From: Maliponia aquimaris
GTDB lineage: Bacteria > Pseudomonadota > Alphaproteobacteria > Rhodobacterales > Rhodobacteraceae
DNA: 64,000 nucleotides
Assembly: GCF_900184945.1 (NCBI RefSeq)
Contig: NZ_FXYF01000009.1
Coordinates: forward strand, 94,174-158,173
Reading direction: 5' to 3'
Each line of letters begins with the position of its first letter. Position 1 is the first letter of the stretch. Shown here piece by piece: positions 63,488 through 64,000 of this stretch. The notes beneath the pieces are model-generated. The model was not told the origin of the DNA, made no database searches, and worked only from the letters and a program-made list of their open reading frames with translations. The translations under genes were made by a program, and so were the position numbers.

Positions 63488-64000
63488 TTAGTGCTTCGCA
63501 GGCCGCGCGGGGGGTGCCTCGGCCAGCACGGCGCGGAAAAAACCGATCGTTTCCAGCAGCCCGGTTCTCAGATCGGTCACCGGTTGCCAGTCGAGAAGAT
63601 CCCGGGCCAGCCGCAGGTCGGGTTGCCTGCGGCTCGGGTCGTCGCTCGGCCGGGCGACGAAATCCAGCGGCGCGGTCGAGCCGGTCAGATCGCGGATCAG
63701 GACCGCGAGATCCTTGATCGAGGATTCCCGCGCGCTGCCCAGGTTGACCGGCCCGCAGATCCCGTCCGGGGTGTCCATCAGGCGCCGCAACCCGGTGACG
63801 AGGTCATCGACATAACAGAAGGTCCGGCTCTGCGCGCCCGTCCCGTGCACCGTGATGCGCGCGCCCGACAGCGCCTGGACGATGAAGTTCGACACGACCC
63901 GGCCATCATCGGGGGTCATCCTTGGCCCGTAGGTATTGAAGATCCGCGCGATCTTGATCTTTACCCCGTGCTGCCGGTGGTAGTCGAAGAACAGGGTTTC
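63488..64000 (-). CDS. NAD-dependent epimerase/dehydratase (UDP-glucuronate decarboxylase-like), C-terminal part; N-terminus beyond window end
   Basis: GSARESSIKDLAVLIRDLTG ... LDWQPVTDLRTGL, a C-terminal layout typical of extended SDR sugar-nucleotide epimerases/decarboxylases. Reading frame open to the window end. Confidence 0.6.
   Translation of the reverse strand, partial: ETLFFDYHRQHGVKIKIARIFNTYGPRMTPDDGRVVSNFIVQALSGARITVHGTGAQSRTFCYVDDLVTGLRRLMDTPDGICGPVNLGSARESSIKDLAVLIRDLTGSTAPLDFVARPSDDPSRRQPDLRLARDLLDWQPVTDLRTGLLETIGFFRAVLAEAPPARPAKH

Overview
High-GC alphaproteobacterial (Rhodobacteraceae-like) chromosome segment, almost entirely coding. Every CDS call rests on the supplied ORF track plus hand reading of motifs; none rests on a database search.

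(1) Coordinates 1 to ~15.65 kb are a mosaic mobile island that ends at a minus-strand tRNA-Ser(GCT) at 15562..15652 and runs off the left edge of the window. It contains:
- a prophage-type lysogeny/early module: AAA_24/Sak4-like ATPase, AlpA/Xis-like HTH, and a divergent LexA/CI-type S24 repressor;
- a repressor-coupled 448-aa protein whose C-terminus looks like a DUF559/Vsr-type PD-(D/E)xK nuclease and whose N-terminus I cannot place (candidate novel immunity/defence gene);
- a DUF2924 / large serine recombinase / small HTH trio with overlapping start-stop codons;
- a translationally coupled type I restriction-modification operon arranged as Phd/YefM-like small gene, hsdM, hsdS, an embedded HEPN-motif (Rx4H) protein, then hsdR.

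(2) The rest is core chromosome. Notable content:
- ychF, DUF805, a MATE transporter, ppk2 and trpA;
- an H-NOX plus hybrid histidine kinase NO-sensing pair;
- an FMN-dependent hydroxy-acid dehydrogenase;
- rplY and pth, DUF2237, and an SPFH protein;
- tRNA-Asn with an adjacent degenerate tRNA-like sequence;
- a membrane-anchored LuxR-type regulator co-oriented with two secreted PepSY proteins that carry extreme poly-Asp / poly-(Asp-His) tails encoded by trinucleotide repeats;
- trpB preceded by an unusual array of five consecutive ~20-bp perfect palindromes;
- a second MATE transporter and two hotdog thioesterases;
- two tandem LiuR-like MerR regulators with TTACGTCAA-type operators in front of a fatty-acid/branched-chain beta-oxidation cluster (two acyl-CoA dehydrogenases, GST, thiolase, fadB-like multifunctional enzyme);
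- a Sinorhizobium-like chemotaxis operon: STAS/CheS-like, cheY, cheA, cheW, cheR, cheY, small orf, cheB, cheD;
- a SelD fused to an FAD-oxidoreductase domain, convergent with selU/mnmH;
- tRNA-Phe followed by a nonsense-disrupted tyrosine integrase remnant, which marks a second island boundary.

I found no CRISPR array and no rRNA. The many long antisense ORFs are GC-skew shadow ORFs.
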